The position numbers and the translations under genes were made by a program. This document shows, piece after piece, positions 1-14,818 of a DNA stretch of 64,000 nucleotides. The stretch is from Eledone cirrhosa (lineage: Eukaryota), in NCBI GenBank assembly GCA_964016885.1, contig OZ024751.1, forward strand, positions 30,256,001-30,320,000, in the 5' to 3' direction. Each line of letters starts with the position of its first letter. Positions within the stretch are counted from its first letter, which is position 1. The notes under the pieces are model-generated. The model saw nothing but the letters and a program-made list of their open reading frames with translations. It searched no databases and was not told the origin of the DNA.

Positions 1-1
1 T

Positions 2-60
<59 letters not shown>

Positions 61-66
<6 letters not shown>

Positions 67-242
67 TTCTACAGGACTAGAACTGTTTCATTCATTTGAA
101 ATCATCAGGAATCTCCTGATGATTTCAAATGAATGAAACAGTTCTAGTCCTGTAGAATCTCATCTATATTAAAACTGTTATACTCTGCTATGTATTGAGT
201 ACCTTACTTACTGTGGTTACCTCCGATTCAACCCGGAATAAC

Positions 243-243
<1 letters not shown>
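61..243 (+). mobile_element. Penelope-like fold-back element with a hammerhead-like core; related copies 10762-10860 and 10982-11040
   Basis: Perfect 50-bp inverted arms 61-110/114-163 containing CTGATGA..GAAAC..GTC; shared tail TATGTATTGAGTACCTTACTTACTGTGGTTACC. Confidence 0.5.
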
Positions 244-310
<67 letters not shown>

Positions 311-512
311 TTATATATACATACATACATATATATATATGACTACGTATGTTATGAAACAGTGAACAGGTTTGAAATTAGAAAATAGAATAGCTTTCAC
401 CGTATTTTTTGACTCAAGAAATGTTAGCCTGATAATGGGGTTTAGAACCCTCAGATAAATGGAAAAAGATGAGTATTGACGTACATGGGAGTCGAACCCA
501 CATCTTTGGTTA

Positions 513-571
<59 letters not shown>

Positions 572-660
572 ATATTTTTATATATATAGTGTATATTTAT
601 ATATACATCTATATATCTAAAGCAATATCTCTATCATATCTATCTATCTCCCTCTCTCTC

Positions 661-691
<31 letters not shown>

Positions 692-721
692 TTGTGTGTT
701 TGTGTGTAAATATACGTATTC

Positions 722-758
<37 letters not shown>

Positions 759-1094
759 ATATATACACTCATTACATACATATACATATATATAGTATTA
801 CTCACTAACATATTTCTACATCAACCACAGTTGCATCTTAAAATATTAGGTTCCCTCTTAACAATCTAAAAATACATCACCCCTACCCACCTGAAACACC
901 CACCCTAACAGCTTCTAACACTGCAGTGCCCTAATTCTATCCCTACTCCACACTAAACAACAAACCCCTAAATAACCCCCCCCCCTCCACCAACATCAGA
1001 ACCCTTTAACTGGTCTTACCTCTGCACACACTGTATAATGTTGCTATGCATAACACCAAGTGTACTGTTAACACCTAAGGAACAGTACAAATGA

Positions 1095-1656
1095 TGCACA
1101 CACATACACATACACAGATATACACACACATACATATACACACACACATACACAGACACAGATAAACACACACACACATACATATACACACACACATACA
1201 CAGATAAACACACACACATACATATACACACACACACACATACACAGACACAGATAAACACACACACACACATACATATGCACACACACATACACAGACA
1301 CAGATAAACACACACACATACATATATACACACACACATACATACACACACACACACACACATACACAGACACAGATAAACACACACACATACATATACA
1401 CACACACATACACAGACACAGATAAACACACACACACATACATATACACACACACACATACACAGACACAGATAAACACACACTCATACATATACACACA
1501 GACACAGATAAACACACACACACATGCATATATATATACACACACATACATATACACACACACATACACAGACACAGATAAACACACACATATACATGCA
1601 CACACATTCACACACACACACAGATACATGCACACACATTAACACACACACACTTG

Positions 1657-1691
<35 letters not shown>

Positions 1692-2102
1692 ACAAATATA
1701 TACATACATGTAAACACATACACACATACCCACACATGCACACATACAAATAAATACACACATGCACACACACACACACACAAACATATACACACATGTA
1801 AACACACATGCATATCCACACACAGATAAACACACACACAAATAGATAAACACACACACAAACATATACACACATGTAAACACACATGCATATCCACACA
1901 CAGATAAACACACACACAAATAGATAAACACACACACAAACATATACACACATGTAAATATACACATGCATATCCACACACAGATAAACACACACACAAA
2001 TAGATAAACACACACCACAAACATATACACACATGTAAACACACATGCATATCCACACACAGATAAACACACACACAAATAGATACACACACACACACAT
2101 GC
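1095..2102. repeat. CA-rich compound minisatellite (~45-bp units, then ~80-bp units)
   Basis: Recurrent CATACACAGACACAGATAAA and CATGCATATCCACACACAGATAAA. Confidence 0.9.
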
Positions 2103-2189
2103 AAACATACCATCTCCACACCCACCCTACTCAATACAAAAGGAACCACATTTTCTAAGAGAAATTCTACTTAATATTTTACGAGGATG

Positions 2190-2610
2190 TGCAGTATCGG
2201 TAGAGGGTCGGACGCCAGGCTTTGCAGCATAGAGTTACGGCCCTTTATGATCTGAGTTCAAATCCCGCCGAGGTTAACTTTGCCTTTCATCCTTACAAGG
2301 TCGATAAAATAAAGTACCAGTAATGCACTGGGGTCGATTTAATCGATCTTCCCCTCCCCCAAAATTGCTGACCTTGTGCCTATATAAGAAACCAATATTT
2401 TACGAGGATTATGTGCTGAATTGACAGAACCAGTAGAGCGCTGAATAAAATACCATTGTGGTATTTGGTTTGACTCTTGACATTCTGAGTTCGAATCCAG
2501 CATTTCATGCTTCTGGGGTCGATATAATAAAGTACCAATAAAGTACTGGGGTTGTTGTAATCAACTTTGTTCTTCCCTCCCCTAAAATTTGCTGGACCCT
2601 AAATAAAAAA
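2190..2610 (+). mobile_element. tRNA-derived SINE family A (tandem pair); more than 20 copies across the window
   Basis: B-box GAGTTCAAATCC followed by GCCTTTCATCCTT..GGGTCGATAAAATAAAGTACCAG. Other copies at ~3170, 6595, 14875(-), 15235(-), 20140, 23520(-), 27570, 29545(-), 36650(-), 36820, 40260(-), 45670(-), 47010(-), 53490, 58190(-), 58345, 60840, 63400(-). Confidence 0.85.
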
Positions 2611-3653
2611 TCAATAATTTGGCTATATCATCAGGACCTGAACCTCTGCGCCGACATTATTAAGGGAGTCGATGGCAGAAGATCAAGGGGGAAGATCAAG
2701 AGGAAGCTGGAGTGATGACATCAGGGAAGAGAAGAACGATGGTGGGGTGCCCGATTAGAGAGAGGGGGGGGGGGGGTCAGTGAAGGGCATTGATGTAATT
2801 CCCCATGGTCACCCGACTCCCAGGAATGACGATGGGAATGATGGAGATGAAGAATTTTATGAGAATCTAGTTAATTCTCAGAAAATAAATTTATTATTTA
2901 ATTCAAGGTTCCCCAAGTGTTTGATATCGATCTCCCAGGGATCGATTGAAGCTTGGGATCAAAACTTGACATTTGTATAAGAAAGGAAAATACCTTAAAT
3001 TATGATTTCTGATTGAAGTACAAGGCCAACAATTTAGGAGAACTGAAATCGATATATATCGATCCCAGCTTTTGACTGGTACTTTATTATGAAAGACACT
3101 AGGAAAGCCTGTGGTTTTCAAATAATTTAGAAAATTATCAAGAATTTGGAAGGATTTACATAAATCATTAGAGGCGGTGAATTGGGAGTTAAAACGTCGG
3201 TTAGAATACTTTGTGGTATTCGTTTCAGTTCTTTACTCTCTGAGTTCAAATCTCGCCGAGGTCAACTTCGCCTTTTATGCATTCATGGCTGATAAAGAAA
3301 AAATATCAGTCAAGTATTAGGGTCGATTCTTCCACTGTATCTCTTTCCCACTTCCATTTTTCTCCCACTCTATCCTTCTCTGGAAGAAATCTGCATGGAG
3401 AGGCGATGGGCTCGCCAGGGTTAAAAATCTCCTAGCAATGTTGTATATCAATGCGGCGTCCCCTACCACTCCTTCGTGAGTTACGGGACCATTCCCTGCC
3501 TCTTATATTATTAATTTTTCTATTATTAAATTTGTATCATGCTTAAGAACGCTATGGGCCGCCAGTCTGGAAATGAAACACACAAACTTACGAACGTGAA
3601 CACCACACCGTAACCAACTAGGCCACGAGACTTCACATCATCGAAAGATTCTT

Positions 3654-3925
<272 letters not shown>

Positions 3926-4794
3926 TTAACGTACTAATCATACATTTTTTTGTAATGTTAAAAGAATTCTAAACTTGTAAATTTCAATGAAAGAATTCCT
4001 CGCTGCTAGTTTTCCATCCAAACTTGGTCTTTTACTGATGACAGATGACAGATGACAGATGACAGGATTTGGTGATGGTTGTTTACATGTCTGGTGTTCC
4101 TTATCTAAACCTTGGCTTTCATTGGTTCTTTGGGGTTTCAGTTGCTCAGCTCTTGGACAGTTCCGGCACGACATGGCAATGAGCAGTTGACATTATACAC
4201 ACACACGCACACTCACACACACAAACACACACTCACACACACACATACATACGCGTACAATCATATACATACACACACACACATACATATATATATACAT
4301 ATCGTTTACACACACACATATATATATATATACATATATGCGGGTGTGTTTTTGTATGTGTGTGGGGGGGGGGGTGTAAATGACTTTAACCCTGCGATGG
4401 ACTGGCGTCCTGTACAGGAGGAAATCTCGTACTCTCAGTCAATGCCAAGGGAACCAGAATAAGTACCGCACCGGCTCTGTGAATCTCCGGGTTCGAGACA
4501 GACTTTAGATTTTTTTACACGTTTCATTGCACCTTCTGTCGTGTCACGCTACATATATGGCATCCACGCCACAACATCAGGCGTGACCGACATTTAAACA
4601 TATGTTTATCTCATCTACATAAGAAAAGATGTCACAAGCTGAATAAATAATGTATTTTTTACTGTTTTACCTTTTTTCTTTTTGTTTTAATTCACCGCTG
4701 TTAACACCTTAACTAAGTCTCTGTTTATTTACAAATGTCTTTCAAGGTATATAGCTGTGTGGGGTGGGGGGATGAAGGAGATTTTACGGGTAAA

Positions 4795-4971
4795 TACACA
4801 GACACACGCTGATATATATATATATGCACAGACATATATATATATATATACACAGACATATATATATAAGTCTGTGTGTGTATATATATATATATATATA
4901 CATATATATACACAGACATATATATATATACACACACGCAGACATATATATATATATATGTCTGTGTGTGT

Positions 4972-5006
<35 letters not shown>

Positions 5007-5030
5007 CACAGACATATATATATATATGAC

Positions 5031-5070
<40 letters not shown>

Positions 5071-5090
5071 CATATATATATATATATGTC

Positions 5091-5132
<42 letters not shown>

Positions 5133-6095
5133 CATATATATATATACACACACGCAGACATATATATGAGTATAAATATATACATACATGTATATATATG
5201 TGTGTGTGTGTGTGTGCGTGTGTGCGTGCCTGTGTATGTGCAGAGGTAATGTGTTAAATGACCATTCTGGAGTAATTTGATAGACATTCTCGGTCAATTT
5301 GACAAATTATTTATACATGTGTGATATGCGTGGATAAACGCGTGTGTGTGTAAAGGTGTATGTGTGTGTGTGTGTGTGTGTGAGAAAGTATGTGTGACAT
5401 GTGTGTGTGTGTGTGTATGTGTGTTGTGTGAATCGCATCTGGTCAGCAAATCAGTCCATTACTGCTCCACCACCACCACCACCATCAGTACCACATCATC
5501 ATCACCACCACTACCACAATCACTAGCACCACCACCACCACCATCACTACCACATCATCATCACCACCACTACCACAATCACTAGCACCACCACCACCAC
5601 CACCATCACTACCACATCATCATCACCACCACTACCACAATCACTAGCACCACCACCACCACCATCACTACCACATCATCATCACCACCACTACCACAAT
5701 CACTAGCACCACCACCACCACCACCGCCATCACCCCTATATCACTTGACTAACGAAACACCATCACCATCACCACCACTACGACAATGACGACGACCACC
5801 ACCACCACCATCACCACTACCACCACCATCACCACTACGACGACCACCACCACTACCCCCATTACCACCACCACCACCACTACGATCACAACCACCACCA
5901 CCACTACCACCACTACCACCATTACCACCACCACCACCACTACGACCACAACCACCACCACCACTACCACCACTGCCACTACCCCCATTATCACCACCAC
6001 CACCACTACCCCCATTACCAGCACCACCACCACTACGACCACAACCACCACCACCACTGCCACTACCACCATTACCACCACCACCACCATCACAC
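4795..6095. repeat. TA/CA minisatellite with alternating orientation (4795-5170), ~60-bp tandem repeat x4 (5470-5725) and (CAC)n array
   Basis: Direct inspection. Confidence 0.9.
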
Positions 6096-6533
6096 CACTA
6101 TACCACTTCACTGACCAAATGTATGTAAACAAGTACTACCACCCACGCGGAGTTGTTTTCAACACTTTCGCCACTTCCAAGATGTCAACTAATTGGTAAA
6201 CACACACATACACACACACACATACAGAGACTATGACACAGGCATAGACACTAACACACACACATTCATACAGACATACACAGACACATACACAAGCATA
6301 TAGACACATACACTAACACTCACACAGACACATACATATACACACAATTAGACACAGACACTAATACACTCAGATAAAAATACAGAGATAGACAGACAGA
6401 GAGATAGAGGGAGGGAGAGTGATAGACAGATAAAGAGAGAGATAGGGGGAGATAGATAGAGAGATAGCGAGAGAAAGAGAGAGGGGGGGGGGCACAAACA
6501 CATACACACACAAACACACAGACATACAAAGAG

Positions 6534-6565
<32 letters not shown>

Positions 6566-6774
6566 CGTTCAAGGAATAGTAGTTGCCATTACTATATTTC
6601 TTCTGGGTTCAAATCCTGCCAGCGTCAACTTTGTCATCCATCCATCCATCCTTCTGGAATCGATAAATATAAAATACCAGTCATATTCTGAGGTCGATAT
6701 AATGAACTTTACCTTTCTCCCAAATTGACTGGTCTTATAACTAAATTAAAAATCAACATTATAACATCCTTTAG

Positions 6775-7243
6775 GCAGGGTACATACTTGGTACATAAAC
6801 CGGGTAACTAACTGATGTACCTTCTTGATTACATAACCCGGGTCCATAACTTAGGTACATACTTGGGTTCATAATCCAGGTACACAACTCAGGTACATAC
6901 TTGGGTACATAACCCGGGTACATAACTCAGGTTATGCTTGAGTACATGACACGGGTTCATGACTTGAGTACATGACAAGGGTTCATTGAGTACATGATCC
7001 GAGTACATGACTAGAGTACAAGACACGGGTACATGACATGAGTACATTCTTGAGTATATCACCCGTGTACATTCTTGAGTATATAACCTGGGTACATAGC
7101 CCGGGTACATACTTAAGTACATACTTGAGTACATAGTTGAGTAGATGACACAAATACATGACATAGATACATGTCCTGAGTACAAACTTGAGTACATATT
7201 TGGGTACATGATCTGGGTACATACTCGAGTACATGACCCGGGT
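6775..7243. repeat. ~12-13-bp GTAC-centred minisatellite
   Basis: Recurrent (G/A)GTACAT(A/G)AC(T/C) units. Confidence 0.85.
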
Positions 7244-7721
7244 AGTTTCGTTTAAATAAGATATGATGCAATGTTCATTAATTGACCTCATAATAGAGTT
7301 TCTACATATTTCCTCAACAACAACTGGATTAGTTTTCTCGTGTTTGTACAGGTAATAAGTGTTACTTTCGGTGTGTATGGTGTGTGTAAGTGTGTATACA
7401 GCTTTTGGAACACCCTATACACACACACACACACACATATAAATATATGTATATATACGGGGTAACAAATAATTGTTATATGCAGTCCACTTAGGTGTAG
7501 TCCAGTTATGGTACTATATTCTCTTCATTCTCGCAAGCTCCGATGAACTGACTGGTTATAACTTTGTATTGGCGATCGAGTAACGTGAAAATAAGTGGAT
7601 AGCGATCTCTAGACCTACCAGTTCAGAGAAACAATTGTCAGCAATGAGATTAAAAACCTTTTTTGTATAGCAAACCGTGTCACTCTTCTTTCCTGATTTA
7701 TATATATATATATATATATAC

Positions 7722-7793
<72 letters not shown>

Positions 7794-7796
<3 letters not shown>

Positions 7797-7887
7797 GTGT
7801 CCCAAAAGCTGTATACACACTTCAACAGCATTCTAATAAATATTGCCTGTACAGGTAATCAAAGTGTGTATACATTTTGGGGGGACA

Positions 7888-7891
<4 letters not shown>
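7794..7891. mobile_element. ~100-bp Tc1/mariner-type MITE inside a (TA)n tract; a related end at ~7388-7417
   Basis: GGGTGTCCCAAAAGCTGTATACACACTT ... AAGTGTGTATACATTTTGGGGGACACTG|TA inverted termini. Confidence 0.65.
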
Positions 7892-7977
<86 letters not shown>

Positions 7978-7978
7978 C

Positions 7979-8042
<64 letters not shown>

Positions 8043-8489
8043 TGTGTATATATGTGTGTAAAATTTAGTAGATGAAAGCTGTGTAGAAGTTCGTCCTACC
8101 GTCGTATATAAATATATATATTTATATATATATTTATGTATATATAAGAAAAAGAGAGAAAGAGAGATACATACATACATACATACATACATACATACAT
8201 ACATACATACATACATAGATATATACCTAAATACATATTTAAGTACATATATACCATTGAGTGTCTGTTCAGTGTTCACTAACACGTGTAACAGACACCA
8301 AATTCCACAGCAGAAGAAGGTTGTTATCATGTTTCAAAGTGGCGAATCTGGAAAGATGGTGGCCAACAGATGTGTATATATATGTGTAGGGGGGGGGGCA
8401 ATAGTTGTGTGTGTATGTGGATGTGTATGATGGGGGGGGGGGGGGGGGGGCATCAAATATGTATGTGTATATTTGTGTGTTGTGCAGCA

Positions 8490-8712
8490 ACAAATGTGTA
8501 TGTATCTGTATACAAGGAGTTCAACAAACTTGTGTGTATATATGTGTGTGTTGAAGACAACAGATGTGTATGTATCTGTATACAAGGGGTTCAACAAACT
8601 TGTGTGTATATATGTGTGTGTTGAAGACAACAGATGTGTATGTATCTGTATACTAGGAGTTCAACAAACTTGTGTGTATATATGTGTGTGTTGAAGACAA
8701 CAGATGTGTATA
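8490..8712. repeat. 70-bp tandem repeat, about 3 copies
   Basis: TCAACAAACTTGTGTG at 8521, 8591, 8661. Confidence 0.92.
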
Positions 8713-8780
8713 TTGAATTTACGTATATTACAAACAAGTTAATCTTTAGTCTCTACCGTTACCAGGTGAGTGTATGTGAG

Positions 8781-8858
<78 letters not shown>

Positions 8859-9114
8859 ATGTGTGTATATATAGGACGGTTTGTTAAGCCTTCATTACGT
8901 TTAATGATTGGTGACGCGCGTTTCGCTATTGATCAGCTCAAGGTTCGATCTGTATCGATCTGTTGCGACTCTGGAATCAAAAACTCGTCGGACCTCTGCT
9001 GTAGTAATGACACTATAATACACTCTGTCTAGCTCTACACCTCGCTACTGACGTGAACCTAAACATCGAGTGCTCACCTGGGTGAACCTACAGTAACTTC
9101 ATGTTACACTCCCT

Positions 9115-9172
<58 letters not shown>

Positions 9173-9179
<7 letters not shown>

Positions 9180-9338
9180 TAACAGATTAATGTTTAAGCA
9201 AAGAATCGCTGCGTTCACCCTTAATGGGATCTTCTGAAACTAACAAAGTCAATATTTGATCTACGGTTCTTATATATTTGATATATATTTATCCTTATCG
9301 AGCCCTCTTTGGATTTTAGTCTTCAAATTTATTATTAT

Positions 9339-9421
<83 letters not shown>

Positions 9422-9470
9422 AGAAGGGGTATTTAATTTGTTGGAAATCCGAAAAATATAAATATAAATG

Positions 9471-9528
<58 letters not shown>

Positions 9529-9908
9529 TAATAATAATAAATTTGAAGACTAAAATCCAAAGAGGGCTCGATATTATCTTTGTTTTTTCCGTTCATTGCC
9601 AGAGAACGTCTCCGCGAACCACCTAATAGAATATTAGTCTACGACTTCATTTATACCATAAATGTGGTTTTGTCTTTGCGTGTTCTCACCGCTCCAAATG
9701 ATGACGTATTATCTTCGGGTTTTTTTTCCCGTTCTTTGCCAGGGAACGTTTCCACGAATCAAAGTATCGTCTTCCTGTCTTCCTTCGGTTGCAACGTTTT
9801 TCGAAATATTTACTTCTGCGTTCACTGATTGATTTTTTTGAGTTTCAGAAGATCCCGCTAAGGGTGAAAGCAGCGATTCTTTGCTTAAACTTTAATCTGT
9901 TATTTTAA
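9173..9908. repeat. Nested inverted repeats around (TA)n (Penelope-like)
   Basis: 9173-9240 pairs with 9843-9908; 9296-9342 pairs with 9527-9573. Confidence 0.8.
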
Positions 9909-10674
9909 TAAATATATATATATATAAGGCGTGTATATATATATATATAAGGCGTGTGTATATATATATATATATCGTGTGTATTTAACAACTGGTTTGA
10001 TCTGAAGCCGTGTGTTGAAACTTAAACAATTACAAGGTCTTTTTTCAAAAATCACACAAAAACCCATTACATTCACTTGACTTTGTTATTTATTTGTTGA
10101 GGCCAAAATTTTCCTCGCACTGTTTGTGACCTGGTCAATGTCACAGTTCCACTACGACAAAACCTTTGACACCAGGAAATAAATGATAAATGATAAACGT
10201 AAAGTAAATATAATAGATGTTGTGTGATCTTTGAATGGCTAAAAAGACAGTTTCCAGATGAATATTATATATCATATATTATATATATATAGTTATATAT
10301 ATTATATATTATATATATAGCTATATATAATATATATAATTATATATATATTATATATATAGTTATATATATATATTATATATATATAGTTATATATTAC
10401 TGAATATTTTATTGGTGTATAAATTCTTATTTGAGATGGCAGGTATAACAATACCTTTACTGACTGATATTACAGGTTTAAACTACACTAACGTGACGTC
10501 ATCTTCCATACCACCTTGCAATTTCCCAGTTGCCTAGGTAACGAAATTCCACAGCAAAAGAGAGTTGTGGTTGTTTGGACCGCTAGAAAGGACGGCTAAA
10601 TTTCTCTCACAAATTACATCCTCTTAAATATAATTATTTACATACACACACACACACATATATATATATATATC

Positions 10675-10710
<36 letters not shown>

Positions 10711-10896
10711 ATATATATATATTATTTTAACAAACATAAATATTATTTTATATAGAAATGTCTTCTACAGGACTAGAATGTTTCATTCGTATGAAACATT
10801 TCTAGTCCTGTAGAAGTCTCTTCTAATGTATTGAGTACCTTTTTTTAACTCTGGCAACCCCCCCCCCCCCTCCTCGACACAAACCAGGAATCTACA

Positions 10897-10932
<36 letters not shown>

Positions 10933-11039
10933 GTAAGTATGCTAGGGCGAGAAATAAAATTCTAATTTTATTTATTTATATATACTCTGCTATGTATTGA
11001 GTACCTTACTTACTGTGGTTACCCGCGATTGAACCCGAG

Positions 11040-11113
<74 letters not shown>

Positions 11114-11365
11114 GGAGAGGGAGAAAGAGAGAAAGAAAGAGAGAGAGGGAGATACATACATATGTATGTATCTACGCAAACACACCAAATACAACACACG
11201 AGAAATTTGAGATTATTTAAGAAATACAATAAAATAACATAACAAAATTAAATAAAAAATTAAATTAAAAAAGTAAATTAAATTGAAGGAAATATAACAA
11301 ATTCAAATTTAAATAAAATATATAGCCATGAATAAATAAATAAAGGTTGACCGTCATCAACTTAC

Positions 11366-11470
11366 TTTTTTCACTGAAAGTTGTTGTCTAAAGTCCAGTC
11401 CGCCCTGTAAACGGAATCCCCATGATTCACCTGGGCCCTTTTGCATGTGAATAACGGTAGCTCCAGCCAT
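11366..11470 (-). CDS. First coding exon of a PDZ-domain protein (Zasp/PDLIM/ALP-Enigma type); the remaining exons probably lie left of the window
   Basis: accATGG start; MAGATVIHMQKGPGESWGFRLQGGLDFRQQLSVKK followed by a gtaagt donor. WGFRLQGGxDF is the PDZ carboxylate-binding loop signature of the Zasp/PDLIM family. Confidence 0.85.
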
Positions 11471-12309
11471 GGTATTTAGTATTTCGTACTCAAAAAATAA
11501 TGTATATAAATATAGATATAAATATATATTTCACTTTACGATACTTTTTACTCTATCTTTCGTTCAAATATTTTAAATATTTTTGCGTCTTTAATCTTGA
11601 ACGATGAAGTTATTGGTAAAAGTTGATCCAGATTCACTGATCAAATCACAAATCAGTTACGTTTAGACTGATCGTCTGGTCCACTGTGTTGTTTTCTTTG
11701 TTATCTTCTGCTGATACCGACTGACTGATTCACTGAATTAGCAGACGATCTCTAACCTGGCTGTTTGTTCAATAAATAATGATCAGCTAGCTGGGGATTG
11801 ATCAGCAAGTTCTCGATTATATGTTGAGTGTTCAATAACTTAACCCGCCGTTCGATTAGTTTAGTTTAAACCAGTTTAATATCGGTTTTATTAACTAATT
11901 ATTATTACGTCAGTCGGCAAGCTAGAAAGAAAGTGAGGAAGGAAGCCTCGATACACCAGAACAGCAATCCTCGTTCTAAGAAATTCTCGAAAGAAAATCT
12001 GGTGGTAAAAATGGTAAATAAAAAAAATCTCAAAAAAAAAAAGCTAAAAATAACCTAGAAAGAAATAAAGAAAAAGAAAAAGGTAAGTTGAATAAGATAA
12101 GATGATGGTCCCCCCACCTTCTCGTCCGCCCCCGGGGGCTTATGTTGCAACCTCACACTAGCACACACAGAGAGAGAAAAAAAAGAAATACATATAAGAA
12201 TAATTAATATAAAAACAACACTTGTGTGTGTCGTATGCCTCACTCTTCTTCCCTCTTATGGTTGTTAGATACGGTCAGGTTTTTAGATGTGAGCAGCAGT
12301 GTATAGCAG

Positions 12310-13138
12310 AAACATCATGTCTGTGGTAATGGTGATGGTGGCGGCGGCGGCGACGGCGGTGGTTGTAGTGATGGTGGTGGTGGTGGTGGTTGTAGCGGTG
12401 GTGGTGGTGGTGGCGGTGGCGGTGGTGTTGGTGGTGGTGGTTATAATGGTATTGATGGTGGTGGTAATAGTGGTGGTTGTAGTGGTGGTGGTGGTGGTGG
12501 TTGTGTGGTGGTGGTGGTGGTGACTATATTGGTGATAATGGTTGCGGTGGTGTTGGTGGTGGTGGTGGTGGTGGTTATAATGGTATTGATGGTGGTGGTA
12601 ATAGTGGTGGTAATAGTGGTGGTTGTAGTGGTGGTGGTGGTGGTGGTTGTGTGGTGGCGGTGGTGACTATATTGGTGATAATGGTTGCGGTGGTGTTGGT
12701 GGTGGTGGTGGTGGTGGCAATGGTGTTGTTGATGATGGTTATAATGGTGGTGTTGGTGGTGGTGGTAATGGTGGTGGTAGTGATGGTGGTGGTGGCGTTG
12801 ATGGTGGTGGTGGTGGTGGTGGTAGTGATGATGGTAACAGTGATGGTGATTCTGGTGGTAATGCTAGTGGTGATGTGAGTGGTGGCGCCGGTGGTTTCAG
12901 TGGTTGTAGTAGTGGTGGTGGTGTCAGTGGAGGTGATGGTGGTGGTGCTGACGTAGTCGGTGGCGGCGGCGGAGTTGCCGGTATTCTGCTAACAAGAATG
13001 AGATGGATATACACACTGTGTGATAATATGCGTATGGAATGTGTGTGTGCGTATATGAGATTGTGTGTGTCTCACATACACACATGGACACCGAAACATT
13101 AACATACACACTGCATACCACATGCACACACACACACA

Positions 13139-13211
<73 letters not shown>

Positions 13212-13224
13212 GTGCATGTGTGTG

Positions 13225-13303
<79 letters not shown>

Positions 13304-14760
13304 ATCTGTTGCGGGTGTGGCTAGGGCCATAGTTGTTAGTTTTCGTTTTGGAATCCAAGCGTTTATGGCTGGTGGTGGAAGAGAGAGAGAGAGAGAGGGA
13401 GAGAGGGAGAGAGAGAGAGGGGAGGGAGAGAGAGGGAGAGAGAGAGAGAGAGAGTGTGTGTGTGTGTGTGTGAGTGTACGCATGTGTGTAAGTGTCTGTT
13501 CGTACATGTGTGTGTTTGTGAACATGTGTGTGTGTGTGTATGTGTCGGTGTGTGTATGTGAGTGTGAAGGAAGACGTAATGAGAGAGATATAGGGGGAAG
13601 AGAGAGAGACTGAGAGAATGCGAAGGAGAGAGAGGGGGGTTAATGTGTTTAGTCACTATTAACTTTCTTATAAGTTGTTGTTGTTGTTGTTGTGATTGTT
13701 TAGCCCCGGGCCAGCTCATAGCGAGCAGATCAGTGTATAAGGGAATTCCAGCTATGACCATCTCATCTGGTTTCACTATGTGATGGTGGTTGCTGTTTGT
13801 AGTGGTGGTGGTGGTGGTGATAGTGATGGTGGTGGTGGTGGTGGTGGTGATGGTGGTGGTGGTGGTGGTGGTGGTGGTGGTGATGGTGGTGGTAGTGGTG
13901 GTGATGGTGGTGGTGGTGGTGACGATGGTGGTGGTGGTGGTGGTGGTGGTGGTGGTGGTGGTGATGGTGGTGGTAGTGGTGGTGGTGGTGGTGGTGGTAG
14001 TGATGGTGATGGTGGTGGTGGTGGTGGTGGTGATGGTGGTGGTAGTGGTGGTGGTGGTGGTGGTGGTGGTGGTGGTGGTGGTAGTGATGGTGGTGGTGGT
14101 GGTGGTGGTGGTGATGGTGGTGGTAGTGGTGGTGGTGGTGGTGGTAGTGATGGTGGTGGTGGTGGTGGTGGTGATGGTGGTGGTAGTGGTGGTGGTGGTG
14201 GTGGTAGTGATGGTGGTGGTGGTGGTGGTGATGGTGGTGGTGGTGGTGGTGGTGGTGGTAGTGATGGTGGTGGTGGTGGTGGTGGTGGTGGTGATGGTGG
14301 TGGTGGTGGTGGTGGTAGTGGTGGTGGTGGTGGTGGTGGTGGTAGTGATGGTGGTGGTGGTGGTGGTGATGGTGGTGGTAGTGGTGGTGGTGGTGGTAGT
14401 GATGGTGGTGGTGGTGGTGGTGGTGATGGTGGTGGTAGTGGTGGTGGTGGTGGTGGTAGTGATGGTGATGGTGGTGGTGATAGTGATGGTGGTGGTGGTG
14501 GTGGTGGTGATGGTGGTGATGGTGGTGGTGGTGGTGGTGGTGGTGGTGATGGTGGTGGTGGTGGTGGTGGTGGTGGTAGTGATGGTGATGGTGGTGGTGA
14601 TAGTGATGGTGGTGGTGGTGGTGGTGATGGTGGTGGTGGTGGTGGTGGTGGTAGTGATGGTGGTGGTGGTAGTGGTGGTGATGGTGGTGGTGGTGGTGGT
14701 GGTGGTAGTGGTGGTGGTGGTGGTAGTGATGGTGGTGGTGGTGGTGGTGGTGGTGGTGTA
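12310..14760. repeat. (GGT)n-based degenerate trinucleotide arrays (12310-12970, 13790-14760) with (GT)n and (GA)n between
   Basis: Direct inspection. Confidence 0.95.
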
Positions 14761-14784
14761 CTGTGCGATTAGACACAGTGGATG

Positions 14785-14818
<34 letters not shown>

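Noticed and set aside
8490-8712. Regularly spaced repeats resembling a CRISPR array
   Set aside because: Whole 70-bp units are near-identical with no unique spacers; eukaryotic context and no cas genes
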